A stretch of 34,970 nucleotides of DNA from Chloroflexota bacterium (GTDB taxonomy: Bacteria; Chloroflexota; Dehalococcoidia; GIF9; UBA5629). The DNA is taken from NCBI GenBank assembly GCA_026389695.1, contig JAPLHI010000037.1, forward strand, positions 1 to 34,970, in the 5' to 3' direction. Of this stretch, positions 7,820 to 16,008 are shown one piece after another; the stretch's first letter is position 1, and the number at the start of each line of letters is the position of its first letter. Made by a program: the position numbers and the translations under genes. The notes under the pieces were generated by a model. That model did no database searches. It saw only the letters and a list, made by a program, of their open reading frames with translations, and was not told where the DNA came from.

Positions 7820-8602
7820 GTGACCGAAGGCAATATCGAACTTTTAGCTGAAAAGGCAGCGGATCTGATTATAGAATCCAAGCGTGTGGTGGTATTCACA
7901 GGCGCCGGCATCAGCACCGAATCCGGGATACCTGATTTCAGAGGGAAGGACGGTATCTGGAACAAGTACGACCCCGATGACTTCACCATACAGAAATTTA
8001 TAGCTAAGCCGGAGGTCAGGAAAATGCAGTGGCGGCTGCTGGCGGAGGGCGGTTTAGTCAAGGAGGCGAAGCCGAACGCGGCGCATCATGCCGTTGTGGA
8101 GCTGGAAAAGCTGGGCAAGCTGGACTGTGTGATTACTCAGAATATCGATAACCTGCACCAGGTTGCCGGAAATACACCGGAAATAGTATTCGAACTGCAT
8201 GGTAATATGCAATTTGTGCGTTGCCTTGGCTGCAATAAACGCTTTCCCATGGCGGAGATCATTGTACGGGTGGAAACTGAGGAGATCCCTGAATGTGAAC
8301 ACTGCAAGGGCATGTTGAAGCCGGATGCCGTGTTTTTCGGCGAGGCCTTACCGCAGTGGGTGCTCAACGAAGCGGCTAAACGCGCCAGTCAATGCGATCT
8401 TTGCATAGTTATCGGCTCAACCCTGATCGTCTATCCTGCGGCCTACATACCCATGTATGCCAGGGATGCCGGTGCACGATTGGTGATAATTAACCTGGGC
8501 TCTACACCCATGGATTCGCAGGCGGATGTGCGTATCGACGGCAAAGCAGGTGAAACCATGAGTAAGGTACTGGATCAGGTAAAAAAGAAAATAAATAAGT
8601 AG
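7820..8602 (+). CDS. cobB: NAD-dependent protein deacylase, Sir2 family
   Basis: GAGISTESGIPDFRG, TQNIDNLH, a Zn ribbon (CLGCN...CEHCKG), GSTLIVYPAA. GTG start. Confidence 0.9.
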   Translation: MTEGNIELLAEKAADLIIESKRVVVFTGAGISTESGIPDFRGKDGIWNKYDPDDFTIQKFIAKPEVRKMQWRLLAEGGLVKEAKPNAAHHAVVELEKLGKLDCVITQNIDNLHQVAGNTPEIVFELHGNMQFVRCLGCNKRFPMAEIIVRVETEEIPECEHCKGMLKPDAVFFGEALPQWVLNEAAKRASQCDLCIVIGSTLIVYPAAYIPMYARDAGARLVIINLGSTPMDSQADVRIDGKAGETMSKVLDQVKKKINK

Positions 8603-8609
8603 AAAATTA

Positions 8610-8638
8610 TTGACAAGCTTTGCATACAATGTTAGATT
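8610..8638 (+). promoter_or_regulatory. Near-consensus sigma70 promoter of the lipoprotein gene
   Basis: TTGACA (8610-8615), 17-nt spacer ending in TGt, TAGATT (8633-8638). SD AAGGAGGTG at 8657-8665. Confidence 0.6.
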
Positions 8639-8670
8639 GTGGAAAAGATGCTAGTTAAGGAGGTGTCGAT

Positions 8671-9843
8671 TTGATGAAATGGGCTTTACCCATCATCATA
8701 CTTGTTACGGTGATGGCGGGGTGCGCGAAGCCGGTTGTAACCAAATTACCTCCTTTAGCTTATATTGATTCTGTTTCCTCGTCGCAGATTTATGCCGGCG
8801 ATAAAATCGCCTTTGTCGGGCATGGGGTGTCGGGATCGGGTGAAATTGTAGCCTACTCATGGCGTTCAAGCATTAACGGCGATCTCAGTACGATGGCAAG
8901 TTTTGATACTACGGCATTAAGTGCGGGGCAGCATACTATCTGGTTGAAAGTTCAGGACAATTATGGCAGCTGGTCGAATGATGTAGGTACTAATGTAGAA
9001 GTACTGGTTCCCGGCGGGCCGACCAAAATGGTGATCAGAGTTTTTACTGCCTCTCCGCCTGCTATAAGGGTAGGTGAGCAGACTAATCTTACCTGGGATG
9101 TCGCGGGTTCCGGCAGGATCAAGATTGATCCGGATATAGGAGATGTATCCTTGAGCGGGAGCCGGACCATACGCCCCATGCATGATACCTTGTATACATT
9201 GATAGCTACCAACGACCAGGGTGTGGTAAATGCAACGGTGAAAGTTGACGTAACCACGGTTCCACTGCATGTTTTGACCACCTATTCTATTGCCGCTGAG
9301 GATGGCACCGTACGCAAGGATCGCACTGTTCTTGATGAAGTCCTGGTAGGCCAAAATGAATTACAACTGCAGATGCAGGGCTTCCTCAGTTTCGATATAT
9401 CGACTATACCTCCCAATGCAATCATTAAGAGTGTAGAGCTGGATATTTCGAACTCTACTGTATACGGCTCTCCGTTTCCCTGGCAGGGCTCTCTAATAAT
9501 ATATAATCAGCAATATGGAAGCAGTCTAAGGGGAAGTAATTACATGGTTATGAATCCTGCGGGTTACGTTTTTAACTGGAATTATAATTCTGTAATGACC
9601 ATGATGCCTCAGGTACCGTTTTCTTCCCCGGATTTCGTTATTACTGTTCAGAAACAGGCGGATGCCCGTAACGACCGTTATCAGTTAAGGCTGCAATTTG
9701 AGAAATATTATTACTATGCTCGCCTTGACTATTCCTCCACATCCGGTGCAGAGAAAATGAACCCGGATAGCGCCAGCAATTACATTGATGTAGGTTCCGG
9801 CAAGCCAAAATTGACGATCCGCTATATCATTCCCGGTGAATAG
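8671..9843 (+). CDS. Secreted lipoprotein of unknown function with PKD-like and Ig-like domains
   Basis: Signal peptide with lipobox (LVTVMAGC). PKD-like repeat (YAGDKIAFVGHG..IVAYSWRSSINGDL...LSAGQHTIWLKVQDNYGSWS). Ig-like module (FTASPPAIRVGEQTNLTWDV...TLYTLIATNDQG). The C-terminal ~190 aa carry an FDIS.IPPNAIIKSVEL block reminiscent of DNRLRE-type domains. The start is TTG 8671 or ATG 8674. Confidence 0.7.
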   Translation: MMKWALPIIILVTVMAGCAKPVVTKLPPLAYIDSVSSSQIYAGDKIAFVGHGVSGSGEIVAYSWRSSINGDLSTMASFDTTALSAGQHTIWLKVQDNYGSWSNDVGTNVEVLVPGGPTKMVIRVFTASPPAIRVGEQTNLTWDVAGSGRIKIDPDIGDVSLSGSRTIRPMHDTLYTLIATNDQGVVNATVKVDVTTVPLHVLTTYSIAAEDGTVRKDRTVLDEVLVGQNELQLQMQGFLSFDISTIPPNAIIKSVELDISNSTVYGSPFPWQGSLIIYNQQYGSSLRGSNYMVMNPAGYVFNWNYNSVMTMMPQVPFSSPDFVITVQKQADARNDRYQLRLQFEKYYYYARLDYSSTSGAEKMNPDSASNYIDVGSGKPKLTIRYIIPGE

Positions 9844-9855
9844 TGGACTGCACCC

Positions 9856-10032
9856 CTAAGGCTGGACACAAAGGGTTAGGTCTTTCTCTTCAATTTGAAG
9901 CTCAATGTATTTGCCTGCCCGCACATCCTGAACTGACGCAAAACCGAGTGTGTGCAACGCCCCCTTTATTGTAAGACCTTGAGGATCATTAACCGTCGGT
10001 TTCAGTGTTATATAGACTTTAGCTAAATACAT
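9856..10032 (-). CDS. purS: Phosphoribosylformylglycinamidine synthase subunit PurS, short or truncated (58 aa)
   Basis: It is not in the ORF track (below 60 aa). Hand translation: MYLAKVYITLKPTVNDPQGLTIKGALHTLGFASVQDVRAGKYIELQIEEKDLTLCVQP*. This matches the PurS N-terminal two thirds (V.L...V.DPQG..i..AL..LGF..V..VR.GK.iEL). SD GGGAGGA lies 9 nt upstream. The start overlaps the purC stop by 14 nt. Confidence 0.7.
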   Translation of the reverse strand: MYLAKVYITLKPTVNDPQGLTIKGALHTLGFASVQDVRAGKYIELQIEEKDLTLCVQP

Positions 10033-10930
10033 TTTTCAAAATCCTCCCGGTCAGCAGAAAATATGCCTGCCGGTAACGCTCCGCTGTGGACAAAATAATA
10101 TCCTTGGGAAGGGCGGGAGCCGGGGGTTTCTGGTCCCATCCTGAAGAAATAAGCCAGTCGCGCACAAATTGCTTATCGTAGCTCGGCTGTGACCGCCCCG
10201 ACTTATAACGGCTGGCATCCCAGAAACGGCTTGAATCAGGGGTTAACAGCTCATCGATCAAGACAATCTCATCGTCGACATAGCCGAATTCGAACTTGGT
10301 ATCTGCTATGATAATGCCGCGTTCCAGGGCATAATCACGCGCAAATTGATAGACGGCAATACTTTTTTCTTCAAGCTCAACTGCCGCAGACTTTCCCACA
10401 AGGTCGGCTAACTCTTTTTTGCTCATCGGCAGATCATGGCCTGCCTCCGCCTTGGTAGTGGGTGTGAACAGCGGTTCCGGTAATTCCTGGCTTTCTTTAA
10501 GTCCCTTTCGTATTTTGATGCCGTTGATTGTGCCTGACTTAGTATATTCGGACCATGCGGAGCCCGCGATATATCCGCGTACAACACATTCGACGGGTAT
10601 GCGTTTGGCCTTGAATACTACCATGGAACGTCCTAGTACAGACTCAGGAAGACTGAACCGTGGAGTTGAATATTTTTTCAAAGCCCTCTGGCTTTCGATC
10701 GACTCAACCATATGGTTGTGGACTACATGATACGTCCTGGCAAACCAGAACGCTGATATTTGATTAAGTACGATACCTTTATCAGGAATTCCCGACGGCA
10801 GGACAACGTCAAAAGCAGAGATGCGATCAGTGGCAAGGATCAACAGCTTCTCACCAATCTGGTATGTGTCTCGGACTTTACCTCGTCCAAACGAGGGTAG
10901 ATTAAGTTTAGTACGAAGAATAACAGACAA
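10019..10930 (-). CDS. purC: Phosphoribosylaminoimidazole-succinocarboxamide (SAICAR) synthase, long form
   Basis: GKVRDTY...LLILATDRISAFDVVLPSGIPDKG...IIIADTKFEFG; 303 aa; sits in the pur operon. Confidence 0.92.
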   Translation of the reverse strand: MSVILRTKLNLPSFGRGKVRDTYQIGEKLLILATDRISAFDVVLPSGIPDKGIVLNQISAFWFARTYHVVHNHMVESIESQRALKKYSTPRFSLPESVLGRSMVVFKAKRIPVECVVRGYIAGSAWSEYTKSGTINGIKIRKGLKESQELPEPLFTPTTKAEAGHDLPMSKKELADLVGKSAAVELEEKSIAVYQFARDYALERGIIIADTKFEFGYVDDEIVLIDELLTPDSSRFWDASRYKSGRSQPSYDKQFVRDWLISSGWDQKPPAPALPKDIILSTAERYRQAYFLLTGRILKNVFS

Positions 10931-10940
10931 GTAATTTCTC

Positions 10941-12263
10941 CTATTTTTTATTTGAAGGCCTGCGCTTTTTACCGGTCAAACCCAACCTTACGAAGATTTT
11001 ATCGATATGTTTCAGGAACCTTTGGTAGTCGAAAATTGCCTTAAGGTCTTTTTCTGTAAGAAGAGCCATGACATCACGGTCGGATTTTAGCAGATCTATA
11101 AAGGGCGTCCTGTTTTGCCAGGCCTTCATAGCGTTGCGTTGCGTTAGTTCATAAGCTTGCTGCCGGCTCATCCCTTTCCCCACCAGCGCAAGCATAACAT
11201 TCTGTGAAAATATCAGGCCCTGTGTCAATTCGAGGTTACGTTTCATATTTTGGGGATAGACTTGTAATCCTTTCATTACACCTGTAAAGATATCCAGTAT
11301 GTAATCGAGGGCGAGACACGAATCAGGTAAAATAACCCGCTCATTGGATGAATGGCTGATATCACGCTCATGCCAGAGAGCAATATTTTCCATGGATGTC
11401 AGCGCGTATCCTCTGATTAAGCGGGCGAGACCGCAGACGCGCTCACACAGCTCGGGATTACGTTTATGAGGCATGGCTGATGACCCGGTCTGGCCGGTAG
11501 AGAAGGGTTCTTCCGCTTCCAGTATTTCCGTCCTCTGTAAGGCCCGTATTTCCGTGGCAAATTTTTCCAAAGAACTGGCGATGATAGCCAGAGTTGTGAC
11601 GAACTGGGCATGGCGATCGCGCTGGATTATCTGGTTTGAGACAGGCGCCGGCGACAAGCACAGGCGGGCACAGGTTTTTACCTCGATTTCAGGTTGAACT
11701 GCCGCGTATGTTCCTACAACGCCGGATATCTTCCCTACACTGACAGCTTTTTTCGCTTCCTCAAGCCTGTGAAGATGGCGTTTCATCTCCTGTGCCCACA
11801 GGGCTAATTTGAGTCCAAACGTGATTGGTTCGGCATGAACACCATGGGTACGGCCGATCATAATTGTGTCCTTAAACAGGACGGCCTTCTGTTCGAGTAC
11901 TTTAATCAACGTGACAACGTCTTCAACCAATATATCCGCTGCCTCTTTTAGCTGGAGCGCAAGCGCCGTATCCATGACATCCGATGATGTAAGCCCCAGG
12001 TGAACGAACCGTGACTCTTCACCAATGCTCTCGCTGATAGTGTTCAGGAATGCGGTCACATCATGGTGAGTTTCTTTCAGGATCTCAGCCATACGGTTCA
12101 TATCGACCGATGCTTTTTTTATGCCCCGAATGGCCTCCGCGGGTATCCTCCCCAGATCAGCCCAGGACTCACATACGGCAATTTCCACCTGCAGCCATTT
12201 ATCGAATTTGTTCTTGTCGGACCAGACCTTTTTCATACGGGATCTGGAATAGCGTTCAATCAT
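10941..12263 (-). CDS. purB: Adenylosuccinate lyase
   Basis: MIERYSR..M..VWSD..KF..WL.VE N-terminus and the fumarate-lyase signature GSSAMPHKRNP. Confidence 0.92.
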   Translation of the reverse strand: MIERYSRSRMKKVWSDKNKFDKWLQVEIAVCESWADLGRIPAEAIRGIKKASVDMNRMAEILKETHHDVTAFLNTISESIGEESRFVHLGLTSSDVMDTALALQLKEAADILVEDVVTLIKVLEQKAVLFKDTIMIGRTHGVHAEPITFGLKLALWAQEMKRHLHRLEEAKKAVSVGKISGVVGTYAAVQPEIEVKTCARLCLSPAPVSNQIIQRDRHAQFVTTLAIIASSLEKFATEIRALQRTEILEAEEPFSTGQTGSSAMPHKRNPELCERVCGLARLIRGYALTSMENIALWHERDISHSSNERVILPDSCLALDYILDIFTGVMKGLQVYPQNMKRNLELTQGLIFSQNVMLALVGKGMSRQQAYELTQRNAMKAWQNRTPFIDLLKSDRDVMALLTEKDLKAIFDYQRFLKHIDKIFVRLGLTGKKRRPSNKK

Positions 12264-12275
12264 ATTTTAAAGACC

Positions 12276-12737
12276 TCACGATTCTGCCAGTTTTCGCTTA
12301 TATTCTTCAAAAGATTTGTGTATATGGTCATATTTTATGCCCAGTATTTGCGCTGCCAACAGGGCAGCGTTTTTTGCTCCCGATGAGCCGATGCCGACAC
12401 AGGCTACCGGCACTCCGCCCGGCATCTGCACGATGGAGTAAAGGGAATCTACCCCTTTAAGTTCACTGGTAGGCAGCGGTACCCCGATAACCGGTAATGT
12501 TGTCCACGAGGCAATCACTCCCGGCAAATGGGCGGCGCTGCCCGCTGCCGCTATGATAATGTGGAATCCTTTTGATTTGGCTTCAATTGCGTACTGGCGA
12601 ACTTTTTCCGGCTTCCTGTGGGCCGATACTATAGATAATTCGTAATCTATTTTGAACTCTTTAAGGATTTCCAGGGCAGGCTGTATATATTGCTCGTCTG
12701 TCTTACTGCCGATAACAACACCAACCATTGCCATCAA
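12276..12737 (-). CDS. purE: 5-(carboxyamino)imidazole ribonucleotide mutase / AIR carboxylase catalytic subunit
   Basis: [10 protein letters not shown]...SAHRKPEKV...[22 protein letters not shown]. No purK is adjacent. Confidence 0.92.
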   Translation of the reverse strand: MMAMVGVVIGSKTDEQYIQPALEILKEFKIDYELSIVSAHRKPEKVRQYAIEAKSKGFHIIIAAAGSAAHLPGVIASWTTLPVIGVPLPTSELKGVDSLYSIVQMPGGVPVACVGIGSSGAKNAALLAAQILGIKYDHIHKSFEEYKRKLAES

Positions 12738-13999
12738 GTGACCTCCCTGGCCGCGATATCTTTACGATAGTGGCTGCCATCGAAGCGTATATGTTGAATG
12801 TTACGGTATACCTTATCTCTGGCTTCCTTCATGGTTTTACCGGTGGCGGTGATCGTAAGTACACGGCCTCCGTCAGTTACTATCTGTCCGCCATCCCGCT
12901 TTTTTGCACCGGCGTAGAATATGTTGATATCTTTATCCAGTTTAGTGGAAACTTCCACCGGGGACCCGATTATATAATCTCCGGGATATCCACCGGATGC
13001 CAGAACCACACCAACGCAAGCGTCATTCATCCATTTTATGTTCAGGGAATCGAGTTTTTCATCCACTACACTCATTATAATATCGACAAGGTCGGTCTTC
13101 AGCCTGGGCAGTATGACCTGTGTCTCAGGGTCGCCGAAGCGGGCATTGAACTCCAGAACTTTTGGTCCCGCGTCGGTCATAATCAATCCTGTGTATAGAA
13201 CGCCTTTATACGGCGAACCTTCTTTGTCCATGGCGTATATGGTTGGTTTGATAATAGCCTCGGTAACCTTAAGTATCATATCATAGTCAAAAAATCCGGG
13301 TGGGCTGTAGCTGCCCATGCCGCCTGTATTAGGTCCTCTATCATTGTCATAGACTCTTTTATAGTCGCAGGCCGGAACCATAGGGACAACGGTTTTCCCG
13401 TCTGTAAACGCCAGCAGACTTACTTCTTTACCGAAAAGGCATTCTTCGATGATAGCCGTATCACCAGCTTTACCGAATATTTTAGTTTCCATGATGGATT
13501 GAAGGGCTCCCAGAGCTTCTTCCCTGGTTGAAGCTACGGTTACTCCTTTGCCGGCTGCCAGACCGTCGGCTTTAACCACTACCGGCACGGGCTGCTTTTC
13601 AAGGTAGCTTCTTGCTTCTCTATAATCTGTGAACGTTTTGCCGTCGGCACAGGGAATACCGTATTTTTGCATAAGTTCCCGGGAAAATGCTTTGCTTGAT
13701 TCCAGGCGGGCGGCAGCGAGAGAGGGGCCAAAAACCGGTATACCTGCTTGTTGAAGCTGGTCGACGATTCCTGCAGCCAGAGGGGCTTCCGGGCCGACCA
13801 CAACCAGGTCTGCGCGCAGTTCTTTGGCTTTTTTAACGATAGCAACAAGGTCTGACGCAGCAATATTCAGGTTTTGAGCAATGCCGGCGGTACCTGCATT
13901 GCCGGGGGCTACATAAAGCTTATCGACGCGGGGGCTCTGAGAAATTTTCCATGTGAGGGCATGTTCTCGCGCTCCATTGCCGATAACCAATACCTTCAA
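12734..13999 (-). CDS. purD: Phosphoribosylamine--glycine ligase
   Basis: [19 protein letters not shown]...VVGPEAPL...[13 protein letters not shown] start with SD GGTGGAG 8 nt upstream. Confidence 0.92.
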   Translation of the reverse strand: MKVLVIGNGAREHALTWKISQSPRVDKLYVAPGNAGTAGIAQNLNIAASDLVAIVKKAKELRADLVVVGPEAPLAAGIVDQLQQAGIPVFGPSLAAARLESSKAFSRELMQKYGIPCADGKTFTDYREARSYLEKQPVPVVVKADGLAAGKGVTVASTREEALGALQSIMETKIFGKAGDTAIIEECLFGKEVSLLAFTDGKTVVPMVPACDYKRVYDNDRGPNTGGMGSYSPPGFFDYDMILKVTEAIIKPTIYAMDKEGSPYKGVLYTGLIMTDAGPKVLEFNARFGDPETQVILPRLKTDLVDIIMSVVDEKLDSLNIKWMNDACVGVVLASGGYPGDYIIGSPVEVSTKLDKDINIFYAGAKKRDGGQIVTDGGRVLTITATGKTMKEARDKVYRNIQHIRFDGSHYRKDIAAREVT

Positions 14000-14019
14000 G
14001 CCGGTATCTCCACCTTTAT

Positions 14020-14112
14020 TTATGCGGTGATCTTTTTAACGATATTACGCTTGCTGCTCTTGGTTTTTCCGCGGTTCTTTTTTACCGCTTTAAGTTTGGG
14101 TTTGTGTGCCAT
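14020..14112 (-). CDS. Candidate 30-aa lysine-rich micro-ORF (unknown function)
   Basis: MAHKPKLKAVKKNRGKTKSSKRNIVKKITA*. Its ATG lies 2 nt after the TAA of the upstream 88-aa ORF (TAA-AT-ATG), which suggests translational coupling. It ends 20 nt before the purD TTG. It is below the ORF-track cutoff and I recognise no homology. Confidence 0.3.
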   Translation of the reverse strand: MAHKPKLKAVKKNRGKTKSSKRNIVKKITA

Positions 14113-14114
14113 AT

Positions 14115-14381
14115 TTATTCTACCTTAAATTCATTATTGAGTTTTTCCGCCTGGACGGGATCAAGGAGCTTTATCAGTTTAATTAACTTGGCCACGTGTA
14201 CTTTTTTATCCTCCAGAATTTGCTCAATGGTGTCCGTGGCCTCTTTATTATCGAGCATCTCAACCTGTGCTTCGTATTCATTGATCGACTTCAGCTCGGA
14301 TATCAGGTTATCACGGATCATCTCTAGATCCATGGAACCTTCGAGTTCATTGTCTCCTTCTTCGAACGGATTATAAGCCAT
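14115..14381 (-). CDS. Small acidic helical protein, possibly ferritin-like (encapsulated-ferritin-like two-helix hairpin)
   Basis: 88 aa, with SD AGGAG 8 nt upstream of the ATG. The pattern SELKSINEY-(25 aa)-H-(13 aa)-P has the same spacing as my recollection of EncFtn (EL.A..WY ... EExEH ... P). The second-helix ExxH is replaced by EDKKVH and there is no C-terminal encapsulin targeting peptide. Confidence 0.55.
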   Translation of the reverse strand: MAYNPFEEGDNELEGSMDLEMIRDNLISELKSINEYEAQVEMLDNKEATDTIEQILEDKKVHVAKLIKLIKLLDPVQAEKLNNEFKVE

Positions 14382-14459
14382 TTTTTAACTCCTGGAAGCG
14401 GGCCAATTAGCCTGAGAAGGTATATAGGTTACTTGCCATACCAGAGAAACCGCCTATTG

Positions 14460-14488
14460 AGTATATATTTTAACCGCATTAAAATCAA
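14460..14488 (-). promoter_or_regulatory. Putative sigma70 promoter of the pur operon
   Basis: Read on the minus strand: TTGATT (14488-14483), 17 nt, TATACT (14465-14460). This leaves a 5' UTR of about 70 nt before the 88-aa ORF. Confidence 0.45.
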
Positions 14489-14538
14489 GGTATGTAAGAT
14501 TTAGACGGCGGTTTTTGATACTGCCAAAGTAATAGGTA

Positions 14539-14988
14539 TTAGAGTCTATTGTAATTGCGCCGCCAGGGCTCTTTCCTGAAAGAGATATAGTCTAAGACAG
14601 CAGCTTTCAGTGTATCGGCAACCAGCCTGGCGCAGACACAACCTTCAACCAGTAACCCGCCCAGCGCCGTTGATATGTATTCCTCATCTATGCTCAATAC
14701 CTGCTCGATATTCTTACCCTTTATGATAGCGGTTGTTATGCTGCCGCAGGCAATAGTAGTGCCGCAACCATCAGTCCAGAATGAAGCGTCTTCTATAATA
14801 TCATCATCAAACCTGAGCCATATCTCCATTACGTTCCCGTCATGCCCAGGGACTGCAGCAAATCCATTAGCTCCCTCAAGATTGCCCACATTTTTGGGAT
14901 GCAGCGCGTGCTCCAGGAATAGCCTGGAGTATTTACCTTGCGGATTGCCCAGGATATATTCGTCCAGCTTGTCGAACTTGTGGTCCAT
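14539..14988 (-). CDS. NifU N-terminal/IscU-like Fe-S scaffold-like protein with a variant ligand set
   Basis: HPKNVGNLEG...NVMEIWLRFDDDIIEDASFWTDGCGTTIACGS...KGKNIEQVL...EGCVCARLVADTLKAAVLDY is collinear with IscU. The first Cys (ACGD) is replaced by GHDG and HC by GCVC. Confidence 0.8.
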   Translation of the reverse strand: MDHKFDKLDEYILGNPQGKYSRLFLEHALHPKNVGNLEGANGFAAVPGHDGNVMEIWLRFDDDIIEDASFWTDGCGTTIACGSITTAIIKGKNIEQVLSIDEEYISTALGGLLVEGCVCARLVADTLKAAVLDYISFRKEPWRRNYNRL

Positions 14989-15003
14989 GTTTAAATTTGC
15001 AAA

Positions 15004-16008
15004 TTATGCATTTTTCCCGGGGATTACCTTAAACAGAGCACTGCTAAATGACGTAAGTACCTCAGAGTCGTATCTCTCTATATGGCCTTCATCGCAGAGG
15101 AGAGCAAGCTTCGGGTCAATGGGTATCTTGGCCAGCAAAGGTGCACCTGCCGCCCTGGACATTTCATCACCGCGGCTCTTGCCAAAGATCTCGATCTTTT
15201 TTTGAAGTTCCGGGACATACAAGTAGCTCATATTCTCTACTACACCGAGGATGGTTTTATCCATTTGTTGCGCCATTTTTACCGCTTTTTTTACGATCAT
15301 CGTGGTTAGATCCTGGGGCGTGAAGACAATTATTGCACCGTTGATCGGCAGTACCTGCAGCGCAGTCAGAGGCGCGTCTGCTGTTCCGGGTGGTAGGTCA
15401 ACCAGCAGGTAATCGAGCTTTCCCCAGAGCACATCTTCCCAGAACTGTGTGATAGCCTTTCCTATCATCGGACCCCTCCAGATAACAGCCTCGTCCTCGC
15501 TGGGAAGGAAAAGGTTGATGGAAATGATTTCGATGCCGTTGGCCGACAGTACGGGCAAAATTCCGCTTTCGGTGCCCTGCGGATGGGTATTCATTCCGAA
15601 CATCTTGGGGATGCTGGGACCTGTGATGTCTGCATCGAGAATCCCTACGTCATATCCCTGCCTGCACAGAGCGATAGCCGTGAGGCTGGTTACCAGAGAT
15701 TTACCCACTCCTCCCTTGCCGCTCATTATTGCGATGACGTTTTTAACGCTGTTAAGCTCAAGAGGCCTTTTTTCGATGAACTCCACCTCTATCTCGACAG
15801 CTTTGTCCAGCTTCTTTAGTAGTTCAAATATTTTTTCTTTTATCCAGTTCCGGGCGTCCTCATTGAGAGCCGTGGAAGCCAGGGTAAGCTTAAGTTTAGT
15901 ATCAGCTAATACTATATCCTGCACCAGGTTCATACGTACGATACTGTTTGTAATGCCTGGTACAAGGACGTCATTTAAGGCTTCAATTATTTTTTCTCTG
16001 GTCAGCAA
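15004..16008 (-). CDS. mrp: Mrp/NBP35/ApbC-family P-loop ATPase with an N-terminal DUF59-like domain, lacking the CxxC cluster-binding motif
   Basis: Deviant Walker A (IAIMSGKGGVGKSLV), DADITGPS, LLVDLPPGT. The VENMSY block is followed by LYVPELQKKIEIFG, where the family normally has xCPxCG. TTG start with a strong SD (GGAGGT) 6 nt upstream. Confidence 0.88.
   Translation of the reverse strand: MLTREKIIEALNDVLVPGITNSIVRMNLVQDIVLADTKLKLTLASTALNEDARNWIKEKIFELLKKLDKAVEIEVEFIEKRPLELNSVKNVIAIMSGKGGVGKSLVTSLTAIALCRQGYDVGILDADITGPSIPKMFGMNTHPQGTESGILPVLSANGIEIISINLFLPSEDEAVIWRGPMIGKAITQFWEDVLWGKLDYLLVDLPPGTADAPLTALQVLPINGAIIVFTPQDLTTMIVKKAVKMAQQMDKTILGVVENMSYLYVPELQKKIEIFGKSRGDEMSRAAGAPLLAKIPIDPKLALLCDEGHIERYDSEVLTSFSSALFKVIPGKNA

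Noticed and set aside
7820-8602. Sir2-domain protein as a possible defence-system component (Thoeris, DSR or SIR2-HerA-like)
   Set aside because: It is a compact 260-aa canonical sirtuin with GAGIS..GIPDFRG, QNIDNLH and a Zn ribbon. It has no extra sensor or effector domain and no partner genes such as ThsB, HerA or pAgo nearby. It fits housekeeping CobB.
9844-9900. A terminator hairpin between the convergent lipoprotein and purS genes (CCTAA...TTAGG)
   Set aside because: The stem is only 5 bp, there is no U-tract, and the region is in fact the purS coding sequence.
14382-14459. A purine, ZTP or PRPP-type riboswitch in the ~70-nt leader of the pur operon
   Set aside because: I could not find the conserved cores (for example the purine-riboswitch junction with UAUAAU...GUUUCUACC order, or the ZTP GGGUCGUGAC / CCGCCUGGGC elements). 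Only a covariance-model scan could settle this.
14447-14514. AAACCGCC ... GGCGGTTTTT inverted repeat that looks like an intrinsic terminator
   Set aside because: The arms are separated by 52 nt. The U-tract is on the plus strand, where no gene ends. The element instead straddles the putative minus-strand pur promoter, so no terminator is called.
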